A DNA stretch of 25,122 bases from a virus (taxonomy: Duplodnaviria; Caudoviricetes): positions 1 through 25,122 of the IMG/VR virus record IMGVR_UViG_3300032295_003109, one strand, 5' to 3'. The translations under genes and the position numbers were made by a program. Under the pieces are notes generated by a model. The model had not been told where the DNA came from and did not search any database. It saw only the letters and a list, made by a program, of their open reading frames with translations. Positions 14,926 to 23,518 of this stretch are shown here, in pieces (position 1 is the stretch's first letter; every line of letters begins with the position of its first letter).

Positions 14926-17106
14926 ATGGCCGAAAAAATAGTATCACCAGGCGTATTCCAAAGAGAAGCTGATCAATCCTTTATAGCACCCGCACCTATT
15001 GAAGCAGGTGCGGCTATTATAGGTCCCACTGTCAAAGGTCCTGAACTACAGCCTACTTTAGTAACTTCATTTAGTGATTATAAAGATAAGTTTGGAACCA
15101 TTTTTTACTCTGGTTCTAACAAATATGAGTTCTTAACTTCTATTGCTGTTCAAAGATACTTTGCTAATGGCGGGACTAGTATGTTAGTAACTCGTGTAGT
15201 AAGCGGTTCTGTTGAATCTGCTACTTCTACACGTATTTTAGCTAATTCTGGAAGTGCCACGGGAACTTACTCAGTAGCTTCTGTAAATTTCACAGGAAAT
15301 ATACCTGATGGATTTGAAGGTTTTAGAGTTAGTGATAGTACAGGCCAAACATTTCTTATAGCTTATAGCAGTTCAGTCAATTTATATGCTGGGGGTACTG
15401 GAGATACTCACTTTATTCAGTATACTGATTTAAGTAATGCTACCTCTATTATAAATGCTTCTTCTTCTTTAATAGGATTAACAGCTGCTCTTAATAGTAA
15501 TGTTTTATCTTTAAGTTCATCCGTAGTAGGAGCAGGATTTAATGGACATACTATTCAAACAGGTTCTGTTGCTACCACTACAGGTAATATGTTAACATCA
15601 GTAGTAGGATTAGGAGGATTAAGTATTTTATCTACATTTGCTGGTGGGGCTGCTACAACATCTACAGCTAACACTAATGCTAATATTTCGTTTACTTTAA
15701 AAACTATAGGTAAAGGTACTAAATTAAATAATACTCCTGATGCTGATCCTAATAATATATTACAATATAGTGATGGTTCGCTTAAATCTGGATCTGCTGA
15801 TAATTTAAGATGGGAAGTTTCAGGAATTAACAATAAAGCTGGAACCTTCAATTTAGAATTAAGAAGAGGTGATGATAATAATTTAACTCCTGTTGTTCTT
15901 GAAACTTATTTAAACTTAAGTCTTGATCCTAATAGTGAAAATTATATCGAAAGAAGAATAGGTAACCAATATATTTCTATCGAAAATTACGATGGTCAAA
16001 GATTAGTTCGTGTAAATGGTGAATATCCTAATCGTTCTCGTTTTGTTTATGTTTCTTCTGTAAATAAAATCACTCCTTTCTATTTAAATAATGATGGATC
16101 TATAGGATCAGAAGGAGGTTTATCTTATAGCGCTAGTTTACCTTTCCCAACAAGTGGTGCTTTCCATAGTGGTATAGGTGATATTTTACCCACAGGTGAA
16201 GCTGGTAAATACTTTGAAAATATCAGTGCTGCTAACGTAGGTAATATTCAAGGTTTAACAGGTGATGATTACACAATAGCTGTTAATCTTCTTAAGAACA
16301 AAGATGAATACAGATTTACTACTATTGCTACACCCGGTATTTACAATCAAGATTATGCCTCTGTAGTTAATTCTGTAGTTGAATTGTGTGAAGAAAGAGG
16401 AGATTGCTTCTATATTGCTGACCTTGTAAAATATAATTCAACCATTACTGAAGTTACTGATGAAGCTAATGAATTAAATACCAGCTTCGCAGGTGCTTAC
16501 TGGCCTTGGGTTCAAGTAGCCTCTACAGAATTAAGTAAAAATGTTTGGGTCCCAACATCAGCAGTTATGCAAGGTGTTTATGCTCTTAATGATAGAGTAG
16601 CAGCTCCTTGGTTTGCTCCTGCTGGTTTAAATAGAGGTGGATTACTTGTAAGCAGAGCTGAAATAAAATTACCACAAAACTTACGCGATACTTTATACTC
16701 AAATAAAGTTAACCCTATAGCTACTTTCCCAAGAAATGGTGTTGTAGCATTTGGTCAGAAAACCCTCCAAACCAGAGCCAGTGCCCTTGATAGAATTAAT
16801 GTTAGAAGATTATTAATTTCATTGAAAAACTTTATAGGTGATACTGCTCGTAACTTAGTATTTGAACAAAATACTATAGTAACTAGAAATAAATTCTTAA
16901 ATGCTGTTAACCCATTCCTTGAATCGGTTCAACAAAGACAAGGATTATACGCCTTTAAAATAACAATGGATGAAACCAACAATACATCTGATGCTATTGA
17001 CAGAAATGAATTAGTAGGTCAGATTTTGTTACAACCTACCAAAACTGCTGAATTTATAATCTTAGATTATACTATTCAACCCACAGGAGCTACATTTGGT
17101 GAATAA
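14926..17106 (+). CDS. Contractile tail sheath protein (T4 gp18-like)
   Basis: Sheath motifs SPGVxxRExD, YFANGG, YWPW, PWFAPAGLNRG, NPIxxF, GQKT, DRINVRRL and PTKTAEFI. Confidence 0.95.
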   Translation: MAEKIVSPGVFQREADQSFIAPAPIEAGAAIIGPTVKGPELQPTLVTSFSDYKDKFGTIFYSGSNKYEFLTSIAVQRYFANGGTSMLVTRVVSGSVESATSTRILANSGSATGTYSVASVNFTGNIPDGFEGFRVSDSTGQTFLIAYSSSVNLYAGGTGDTHFIQYTDLSNATSIINASSSLIGLTAALNSNVLSLSSSVVGAGFNGHTIQTGSVATTTGNMLTSVVGLGGLSILSTFAGGAATTSTANTNANISFTLKTIGKGTKLNNTPDADPNNILQYSDGSLKSGSADNLRWEVSGINNKAGTFNLELRRGDDNNLTPVVLETYLNLSLDPNSENYIERRIGNQYISIENYDGQRLVRVNGEYPNRSRFVYVSSVNKITPFYLNNDGSIGSEGGLSYSASLPFPTSGAFHSGIGDILPTGEAGKYFENISAANVGNIQGLTGDDYTIAVNLLKNKDEYRFTTIATPGIYNQDYASVVNSVVELCEERGDCFYIADLVKYNSTITEVTDEANELNTSFAGAYWPWVQVASTELSKNVWVPTSAVMQGVYALNDRVAAPWFAPAGLNRGGLLVSRAEIKLPQNLRDTLYSNKVNPIATFPRNGVVAFGQKTLQTRASALDRINVRRLLISLKNFIGDTARNLVFEQNTIVTRNKFLNAVNPFLESVQQRQGLYAFKITMDETNNTSDAIDRNELVGQILLQPTKTAEFIILDYTIQPTGATFGE

Positions 17107-17121
17107 TTCTTAAATTACCAT

Positions 17122-17129
17122 ATATTTAT
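17122..17129 (+). promoter_or_regulatory. ATATTTAT putative late-promoter motif
   Basis: 22 nt before the tube gene ATG 17152. Confidence 0.6.
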
Positions 17130-17151
17130 TATAAAATAACAACAACGCACA

Positions 17152-17637
17152 ATGGCAATACTTAGCTCAGCAGAGATGTTCTATACGGCTTATGAGCCCA
17201 AACTACAGAACAGATTTATATTTTATATAGATGGCCTCCCTGCTTACCTTGTAAAAAACGCAGACAGACCTAAAGTCCAGTTTGATGATGTAACCTTAGA
17301 ACATATTAATGTTAAAAGAAAAATTAAAGGTAAAGCAGATTGGCAAAACATAAATGCTACTTTATATGACCCTGTTACTCCTTCCGGAGCACAAGCGGTA
17401 ATGGAATGGATTCGTTTATCACACGAATCTGTAACAGGTAGAGATGGTTATTCTGACTTCTACAAAAAAGATGTTAGATTTAATGTTTTAGGTCCTGTTG
17501 GTGATGTTGTTGAAGAATGGATTTGTAAAGGAGCATTTATTACTAATGCTGACTTTGGTTCAGGTGATTGGAGTTCATCCACACCTATGGAAATCACAAT
17601 AACTATGCGTGTCGATTATTGTATCCTTAACTACTGA
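17152..17637 (+). CDS. Tail tube protein (T4 gp19-like)
   Basis: 161 aa directly after sheath; EPKxxNRF...W...LYDP...VMEW...YKKD...GDVVEEW...ITMRVDY pattern. Confidence 0.9.
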   Translation: MAILSSAEMFYTAYEPKLQNRFIFYIDGLPAYLVKNADRPKVQFDDVTLEHINVKRKIKGKADWQNINATLYDPVTPSGAQAVMEWIRLSHESVTGRDGYSDFYKKDVRFNVLGPVGDVVEEWICKGAFITNADFGSGDWSSSTPMEITITMRVDYCILNY

Positions 17638-17661
17638 TTATTTCTACACTTTTATGCTGAA

Positions 17662-17696
17662 AAGGGGGGTTGGTTCGCCAATCCCCCTTCTTTTTT
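17662..17696 (+). terminator. Intrinsic terminator after sheath-tube
   Basis: 12-bp stem AAGGGGGGTTGG/CCAATCCCCCTT (one G-U pair) with loop TTCG, then CTTTTTT. ATATGTAT follows at 17699-17706. Confidence 0.9.
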
Positions 17697-17725
17697 ACAT
17701 ATGTATATAAAAATAATATTAAGTT

Positions 17726-18499
17726 ATGGAAAACAAAACAATATACCCTACCGAAGAGGTAACATTGCCTTCAAAAGGTTTAGTATATCCTCTTGATAAT
17801 CCTTTGTCTAAAGGAATTGTTGAGATGAAATATATGACCGCTAAAGAAGAAGATATTTTAACTAACGAAAGTTATATTAAAAAAGGTATCGTAATAGACA
17901 AATTATTAAAATCATTAATTGTATCTCCTATTAATTATGATGACTTAATTTTAGGCGATAAAAACGCTATTCTTATTGCTTCGCGGGTATTGGGGTATGG
18001 TAAAGAGTATACGTTTAAATACCCTAATACGCGCGGAGAAGACGAATATCATACCATTGATTTGACTGAAATTAAGGACAAAGAATTGGATCCTAAATAT
18101 TTAATAGAGGCACATAAAAATGAATTTAGTTTTACTTTACCTGTATTAAAAAAAGAACTTACTTTTAAGCTTTTAACCCACGGCGATGAGAGAAAAATCT
18201 CAGCTGAACTTGAAGGCCTTAAAAAAATTAATAAAGAAGGATCTCCTGAATTAACAACTCGTTTAAAGTATTTAATTCAATCTATAGATGGAGATACTGA
18301 TAAAAAAAATATTAGAGATTTTATTGATAATCAATTGCTTGCCCGAGACGCGCGAGCACTCCGTGAATATTTAAATTTAGTTCAACCTGATGTTGATATG
18401 GCTTTTGATCTTGAGGATTCATACGGAGAAACACAGAGAGGGGTCCGCGTGCCAATAGGCATCACGTTTCTTTGGCCTGACTTCGACAGACAAAATTAA
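17726..18499 (+). CDS. Tail/baseplate assembly chaperone (T4 gp26-like)
   Basis: LPSKG...MTAKEEDIL...DLxxGD...ILIxSR...YG motif set; lies between tube and tape measure. Confidence 0.8.
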   Translation: MENKTIYPTEEVTLPSKGLVYPLDNPLSKGIVEMKYMTAKEEDILTNESYIKKGIVIDKLLKSLIVSPINYDDLILGDKNAILIASRVLGYGKEYTFKYPNTRGEDEYHTIDLTEIKDKELDPKYLIEAHKNEFSFTLPVLKKELTFKLLTHGDERKISAELEGLKKINKEGSPELTTRLKYLIQSIDGDTDKKNIRDFIDNQLLARDARALREYLNLVQPDVDMAFDLEDSYGETQRGVRVPIGITFLWPDFDRQN

Positions 18500-18680
18500 T
18501 ACCTATAACGAAATTCATGATTTAGTATATCACGGGCAGGGGGGATTTATTTATTCTGAAGTTTATAATATGCCTATTCATTTAAGAAGATTTCATATTA
18601 AAAAAATAGATGAATATAATAAAAAACAAAATGAAGAATATGAAAAAGCTTTAAAATCTAAACAATCATTTATTAAATAA
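18459..18680 (+). CDS. Start-less +1-frame ORF, probable frameshift extension of the chaperone (lambda gpT / T4 gp51-like)
   Basis: Open from after TAG 18456-18458 to TAA 18678-18680: ...RFFGLTSTDKINTYNEIHDLVYHGQGGFIYSEVYNMPIHLRRFHIKKIDEYNKKQNEEYEKALKSKQSFIK*. No ATG/GTG/TTG occurs until 18570. Confidence 0.7.
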   Translation, partial: ASRFFGLTSTDKINTYNEIHDLVYHGQGGFIYSEVYNMPIHLRRFHIKKIDEYNKKQNEEYEKALKSKQSFIK

Positions 18681-18693
18681 ATTTAGTTTTTTT

Positions 18694-18701
18694 ATATTTA
18701 T
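18694..18701 (+). promoter_or_regulatory. ATATTTAT putative late-promoter motif
   Basis: 25 nt before ATG 18727. Confidence 0.6.
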
Positions 18702-18726
18702 GATTATACTAACTTATATATAATAT

Positions 18727-20730
18727 ATGGCTGTTAATAAAGATTTAGATGACTTAAATGAGTCTTTAAAAAATTTTGATAAAACTGGAAGAAGTCTTAA
18801 TCAGGTTTTAGAAGATGTAATTGCTAAATCAGCTGAAATAAGTACCCAAGTAAGGTTATTAAGTAATGATTCTATAGAAGCTTTACAAAATTCTGCTAAA
18901 GCTTCAAAAAAGCTTTCTGAGATTCTTGAAAGGGTAAAAAGAGGTAGTATTTCTAATCGAGAAATTAATAACCAGTTAGCAAAATCACAGGATAGAATAA
19001 ACAAATTATCAAGTGAAACTACTAAGTTAGAAGAAAAATATCGAAATGCTAAAGGAAAAGCTAAAAAACTTATTGGAGATCAAATAGAATTACTTAAAAT
19101 AGCTGAAGAGGGAGAAAAAAAAATATTAGAAACCCTAACAACAGCTAATGAAAAACAAAGAGAATTATCAGAAAACGCAGGTAAATTCTATGAAAAAATA
19201 TCCCAAATACTGGGGGTTGTTCCAGGATTAGGAGGACTTTCTAATTTATTTGGAGATATAGCTAAAAATATTAAACAATCAGTTCTTGAAGGGGGTGGAT
19301 TAATAGGTACTCTTACAGCTATTGGAACCGCTATTGGTGCTTTAGGATTTGCTTTAATTGTTAAAGCAGCTTTTGATGTTAATCAAGAAATTACTGAATT
19401 TGGAAAAAATTTAAATCTATCTAAAGAAGAAGCAATAGAATTAAAAGGCCAATTTGCTGATATATCTGAGAATGTTAATGATGCTGCCATTAATTCTGTA
19501 AGATTAGGAAAAGCAAACGCAGCTTTAAATAATCAATTAGGAACAGCAGTTGTTTTTAGTGGGGAAATATTAACAACTTTTTCTAAACTGACTGAAGTAG
19601 CAGGAATAAGTGCTGAAGCAGCAAGTAGTTTAGCTTTTCAAGCCCAAAGAGCTGGTAAACCTTTTAGAGAAATAGAAGAAAACACTTTAGCAGCTTCATA
19701 TTCTCTTCAAAGAGCCTATGGTGTTCAACTTAATCAAAGAGAAGTTTTAGAAGCTACTGGTAAAGTTACAGGTCGAGTAAGAGCTAATTTAGGTGCTAAT
19801 CCTGAAGCTATTGCTCGAGCAGTTACCCAAGCTAAATTATTTGGTGCTGAATTAGATGATATTGTTAAATCTAGTGAAGCTTTATTAGATTTTGAAAATA
19901 GTATTGAAGCCGAATTAAGAGCTGAACTTCTTACTGGAAAACAACTTAATCTTGAAAGAGCACGTGCCCTTGCTCTTGCCGGTGATCAAGAAGGCTTAGC
20001 ACGCGAATTACAAGAACAAGCAGGTACCTTTACTGAATTTACTAAATTAAATGTTCTTCAACAAAAAGAACTAGCATCCGCTTTTGGTATGTCTTCTGAT
20101 CAATTATCAGATATTTTATTCAAACAAGAAACCCAAAATATGAATGCTAAACAGCTTCGTGCTATGGGTAAGGATGAATTAGCTGATAGATTAGAACAAG
20201 TAAGTGCTCAAGAAAAATTAGCTTTAGCTAGTGAAAAGTTTATGGTATTATTAGGTGAAGTAGCTGTTATTTTAACTCCTATAATTGAAGGGTTTGCTAG
20301 TTTAGTTTCTAACGCAACTTTATTAAAAAGTGTTATGACAGGTTTAGTTGCGGTAACAACTTTTATGGCAATTAAATCAATAGTAACTGCTATTGCCAGT
20401 TTATATACTTCTTTGGGTTTATTGGGTCCTATAGGGGTAGGATTAGCAGCAGCTGCTGTAGCAGGTATGTTTGCTACTATGGCAAGTGCTAAACAAAAAG
20501 TAGCAGATGGTATAGCTCCTGCTTCTAAAGGCCCATTCACTATTACAGACAGATATGGAGCAATGGCTGTTACTACCCAAGGTGATAATTTAGCTGTATC
20601 TCCTAATGTTAATAAAGCCCCTCAAACCCAACCTATTGTCATAAACAATACATTTTCTAATTTTAAATCAGCTGCTTACAACCAGCTTGCTAATACTCAA
20701 CTAAGGCAAGCAACTCCCACTTTTATTTAA
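18727..20730 (+). CDS. Tape measure protein
   Basis: 667 aa, Ala/Leu/Glu-rich and helical, with hydrophobic Gly/Ala segments; follows the chaperone. Confidence 0.85.
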   Translation: MAVNKDLDDLNESLKNFDKTGRSLNQVLEDVIAKSAEISTQVRLLSNDSIEALQNSAKASKKLSEILERVKRGSISNREINNQLAKSQDRINKLSSETTKLEEKYRNAKGKAKKLIGDQIELLKIAEEGEKKILETLTTANEKQRELSENAGKFYEKISQILGVVPGLGGLSNLFGDIAKNIKQSVLEGGGLIGTLTAIGTAIGALGFALIVKAAFDVNQEITEFGKNLNLSKEEAIELKGQFADISENVNDAAINSVRLGKANAALNNQLGTAVVFSGEILTTFSKLTEVAGISAEAASSLAFQAQRAGKPFREIEENTLAASYSLQRAYGVQLNQREVLEATGKVTGRVRANLGANPEAIARAVTQAKLFGAELDDIVKSSEALLDFENSIEAELRAELLTGKQLNLERARALALAGDQEGLARELQEQAGTFTEFTKLNVLQQKELASAFGMSSDQLSDILFKQETQNMNAKQLRAMGKDELADRLEQVSAQEKLALASEKFMVLLGEVAVILTPIIEGFASLVSNATLLKSVMTGLVAVTTFMAIKSIVTAIASLYTSLGLLGPIGVGLAAAAVAGMFATMASAKQKVADGIAPASKGPFTITDRYGAMAVTTQGDNLAVSPNVNKAPQTQPIVINNTFSNFKSAAYNQLANTQLRQATPTFI

Positions 20731-20756
20731 TATTTATAACAAAATAACAATACACA

Positions 20757-21152
20757 ATGGCACTTGTAAATTTAGAATCAATTTATGATTTAGTAGGATC
20801 TCCTGGTGTAGCAGGTAGTGGTCCTGTAGGAGATATGGCTAACCAATCTGGTCCCCCTTGGAATATTATAGGGCCCGATATAACTAAAGGTTTATATCCT
20901 TTTAATATCCCCGCAGGTTCACAACTTCACGCAGGGCCACTTGAAAACCAAGCAGGTAGAAGTTTAATAGGTCCTGATTATTCATATAATTACGGAGGTG
21001 GTTATCCTAATGCTAATGGTTTAGCATTAGCTGCTTTATTAGATTTAAATGGTGTAATTCCATATGCTACTCACCCTAATATTACTATTAATCCTTTAGG
21101 TAATCAACAATTGCCCTATAACCAATTTGGTCCTCCTGACGGATTTTATTAA
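20757..21152 (+). CDS. Gly/Pro-rich hypothetical protein
   Basis: 131 aa, preceded by ATATTTAT at 20730-20737; no family recognised. Confidence 0.65.
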   Translation: MALVNLESIYDLVGSPGVAGSGPVGDMANQSGPPWNIIGPDITKGLYPFNIPAGSQLHAGPLENQAGRSLIGPDYSYNYGGGYPNANGLALAALLDLNGVIPYATHPNITINPLGNQQLPYNQFGPPDGFY

Positions 21153-21164
21153 TAGTTTAATTCT

Positions 21165-23192
21165 ATGGGTTTAAAAGATCTTTTAATAGACTCTAAGGAC
21201 GGGTTTTTACCTGACGGGAGAGTATTTAGACAAAGATCTTTAGATTATGGGGATGATAAGCCCCTAATAACTAAAAATTTACCTGATGTAGAAAGAAATC
21301 TTAATGGTATTTCTGGGTTTGTAAATCAGGTTACTGATAATTTTGTAAGAGGAGGTATAGTAGGAGCTACTACAAGAGCAGCAATTGATGCGGCTCGATT
21401 GGGGAAAATGTTACTAACTCCCCAAGGATTTAGTTGGTTAGTAAGTAATATAGCTCTTCAAAAAACCAATCCTGAAAACGTAACATCTCCCCGAAATAGA
21501 ACATTTTCAGGAGTCTCAACAGCATCATCTGCTCTTTCTTCTTTTGCTGGTCTTAGATTTAGAAGAGATGGTTTATTAGATTTTGAATTCGAAAATGGGT
21601 ATAATTACGATCCTGTATTTGGAAGTTATAAATATGAAAAATCTGCCAGATTAAATTTAGATGAACTTCGTTTTGATCAAGCTAATCTAAATAATAATGT
21701 TTTACTTCAATTATATAGTGCTAATATAATTAAAATAGGTTCAAATTTAGCACGAGTTTCTAACGAACAGGATATATTATTAGAGTATGAAGGGGGACCC
21801 CACTCTACATTTGGTTTAGGAAAAACTATAATAAAAAAATATGTTTCTAACCCCTACCATCCTTGTAGATTTTTACCTATATACAATCGAAATTTTGATT
21901 CTTTAAACAAACTCGAAACAGGAACCACAGGTTATACCGACTACAGAAGTATCAAAAGATACGATATTAATGGGTATAATTTACCTTATACAAGTAGATT
22001 TAAGCAAAGAGAATCAGTATATGGGTTAGGTACTCCGGGTATATTAATCCATAGAAATTCTGTAAATGATGATGGAATTAATTATGGTGATTATAGATAT
22101 GATACTATAGATCAATTAAATGCCTCTAACATATATCGCAGAGAAAATTTAGCAGAACCTGAATATTTTAAAGATTTTATTAAATTTAGAATAGCAGTAG
22201 TTGATACAAGTAATCCTTTAAATGATAGAGTAATTCTGTTTAGAGCATTTATAGAAAAAATAGATGACAATTATTCAGGTAATTGGGATTCTTTTAAATA
22301 TAATGGTAGAGCTGAAAATTTTTACACATATAGTGGTTTTGAAAGACAAATTAGTTTTAATTTTAAAATAGCAGCTCAAACTCGTTGGGAAATGAAACCA
22401 CTTTGGAGAAAGTTAAATTATTTAGTAGCTCAAACTAGTCCTGAATATAAAAATAGAAGAATGAGAGGAGTATTTTCTCGACTAACTATTGGAGACTGGA
22501 TGAATGAATTACCTGGGTTCTTTACTAGTATTAATTTATCTTGGAATACTTCATATCCTTGGGAAATACGTTCTGATAGTCAAGAAGGAGGAGTTGATGA
22601 AAATATGAATGAATACCCTCACGTTTTAGATGTTTCTTGTAACTTTATTCCAGTTCATAGCTTTACTCCTTCTAATGAACCTTGTGCTCCATTTATTCTC
22701 CCAGAAATAGGTGTAGGGGTAGGTAGACAATGGGCTAGATCTGAAGAAGGTTCAGATTCCTCAGATAACTTCCGTGCTGAAGCAGATAGAGAATGCTACA
22801 CAGCTGGTAGTGAAGATGCTGCTTTTATACCTTTAGATGATTCTCCTGAACCTATACCTGTTAATCTTCCTTGTGACCCCAACCAAAAACCTGAAACCCC
22901 TCCAGGAACTACAACTTCTGTTTCTAATCAACAACAACAAACTCTTAATTTTCAACGAATTGTAGGACCCCAGAATAGCGAACCAGGTGCTTCTAGTACT
23001 ACAGCATTTAGTGGTGAAATGTCTATTCCTGAAGATGTTGATATTAGTAACCTTTCAAGTCAAGAAATAAGAAACAGATTTGGTCAAAGTAATTTAATTC
23101 CAGGAACCGACACTCCAGTATTTGATGACTTAGGTACTACTATTTCTACTGGAGTTTCTAATCAATCATCCCCTAGAGGACGCTTCCTATAA
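21165..23192 (+). CDS. Baseplate/tail-tube initiator-like protein with long N-terminal extension
   Basis: Core FRAFI..I.D.YS..W....Y.GR.E.FY.Y.GF.R.ISF.F...LTIG...PWEI looks like a tube-fold initiator. Canonical position between tape measure and LysM gene; low-complexity P/S/Q tail. Confidence 0.65.
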   Translation: MGLKDLLIDSKDGFLPDGRVFRQRSLDYGDDKPLITKNLPDVERNLNGISGFVNQVTDNFVRGGIVGATTRAAIDAARLGKMLLTPQGFSWLVSNIALQKTNPENVTSPRNRTFSGVSTASSALSSFAGLRFRRDGLLDFEFENGYNYDPVFGSYKYEKSARLNLDELRFDQANLNNNVLLQLYSANIIKIGSNLARVSNEQDILLEYEGGPHSTFGLGKTIIKKYVSNPYHPCRFLPIYNRNFDSLNKLETGTTGYTDYRSIKRYDINGYNLPYTSRFKQRESVYGLGTPGILIHRNSVNDDGINYGDYRYDTIDQLNASNIYRRENLAEPEYFKDFIKFRIAVVDTSNPLNDRVILFRAFIEKIDDNYSGNWDSFKYNGRAENFYTYSGFERQISFNFKIAAQTRWEMKPLWRKLNYLVAQTSPEYKNRRMRGVFSRLTIGDWMNELPGFFTSINLSWNTSYPWEIRSDSQEGGVDENMNEYPHVLDVSCNFIPVHSFTPSNEPCAPFILPEIGVGVGRQWARSEEGSDSSDNFRAEADRECYTAGSEDAAFIPLDDSPEPIPVNLPCDPNQKPETPPGTTTSVSNQQQQTLNFQRIVGPQNSEPGASSTTAFSGEMSIPEDVDISNLSSQEIRNRFGQSNLIPGTDTPVFDDLGTTISTGVSNQSSPRGRFL

Positions 23193-23206
23193 AAAATTAG
23201 AATCTA

Positions 23207-23518
23207 ATGAGTCGTTATAATGAATTAAGACAAAAAATTAATAAAGCTGGTAAAAGATATTTTACTAATGCTATATTGCCCCCTATCCCATTAGATCGAA
23301 ACGATATATATTTAATTACTACTTATTCAGATAGATTAGATAATCTAAGTTATGATTTTTATGGAACTACTGAATATTGGTGGATTATAGCAGCTGCTAA
23401 TCCTGATAATATAAAAAAAGATTCATTTTTTGTAACTCCGGGTGTTCAAATAAGAATTCCCTATGACCCTCAAGGATATATAAATAAATTTACAAGTTTC
23501 AATACCTCAGGAAGATGA
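23207..23518 (+). CDS. LysM-like baseplate protein (P2 gpX / T4 gp53-like)
   Basis: DRLDNLSYDFYG...WWIIAAAN...GVQIRIP motif. Confidence 0.85.
   Translation: MSRYNELRQKINKAGKRYFTNAILPPIPLDRNDIYLITTYSDRLDNLSYDFYGTTEYWWIIAAANPDNIKKDSFFVTPGVQIRIPYDPQGYINKFTSFNTSGR

Noticed and set aside
18459-18499. Canonical -1 slippery heptamer for the chaperone
   Set aside because: There is no X XXY YYZ site here and the -1 frame hits TGA at 18478-18480.
134-20540. Minus-strand ORFs (134-364, 3262-3468, 7568-7771, 8360-8767, 12427-12732, 15555-15851, 18801-19004, 20208-20540)
   Set aside because: All lie antisense within long plus-strand genes and read as codon-bias shadows, with no expression signals of their own.
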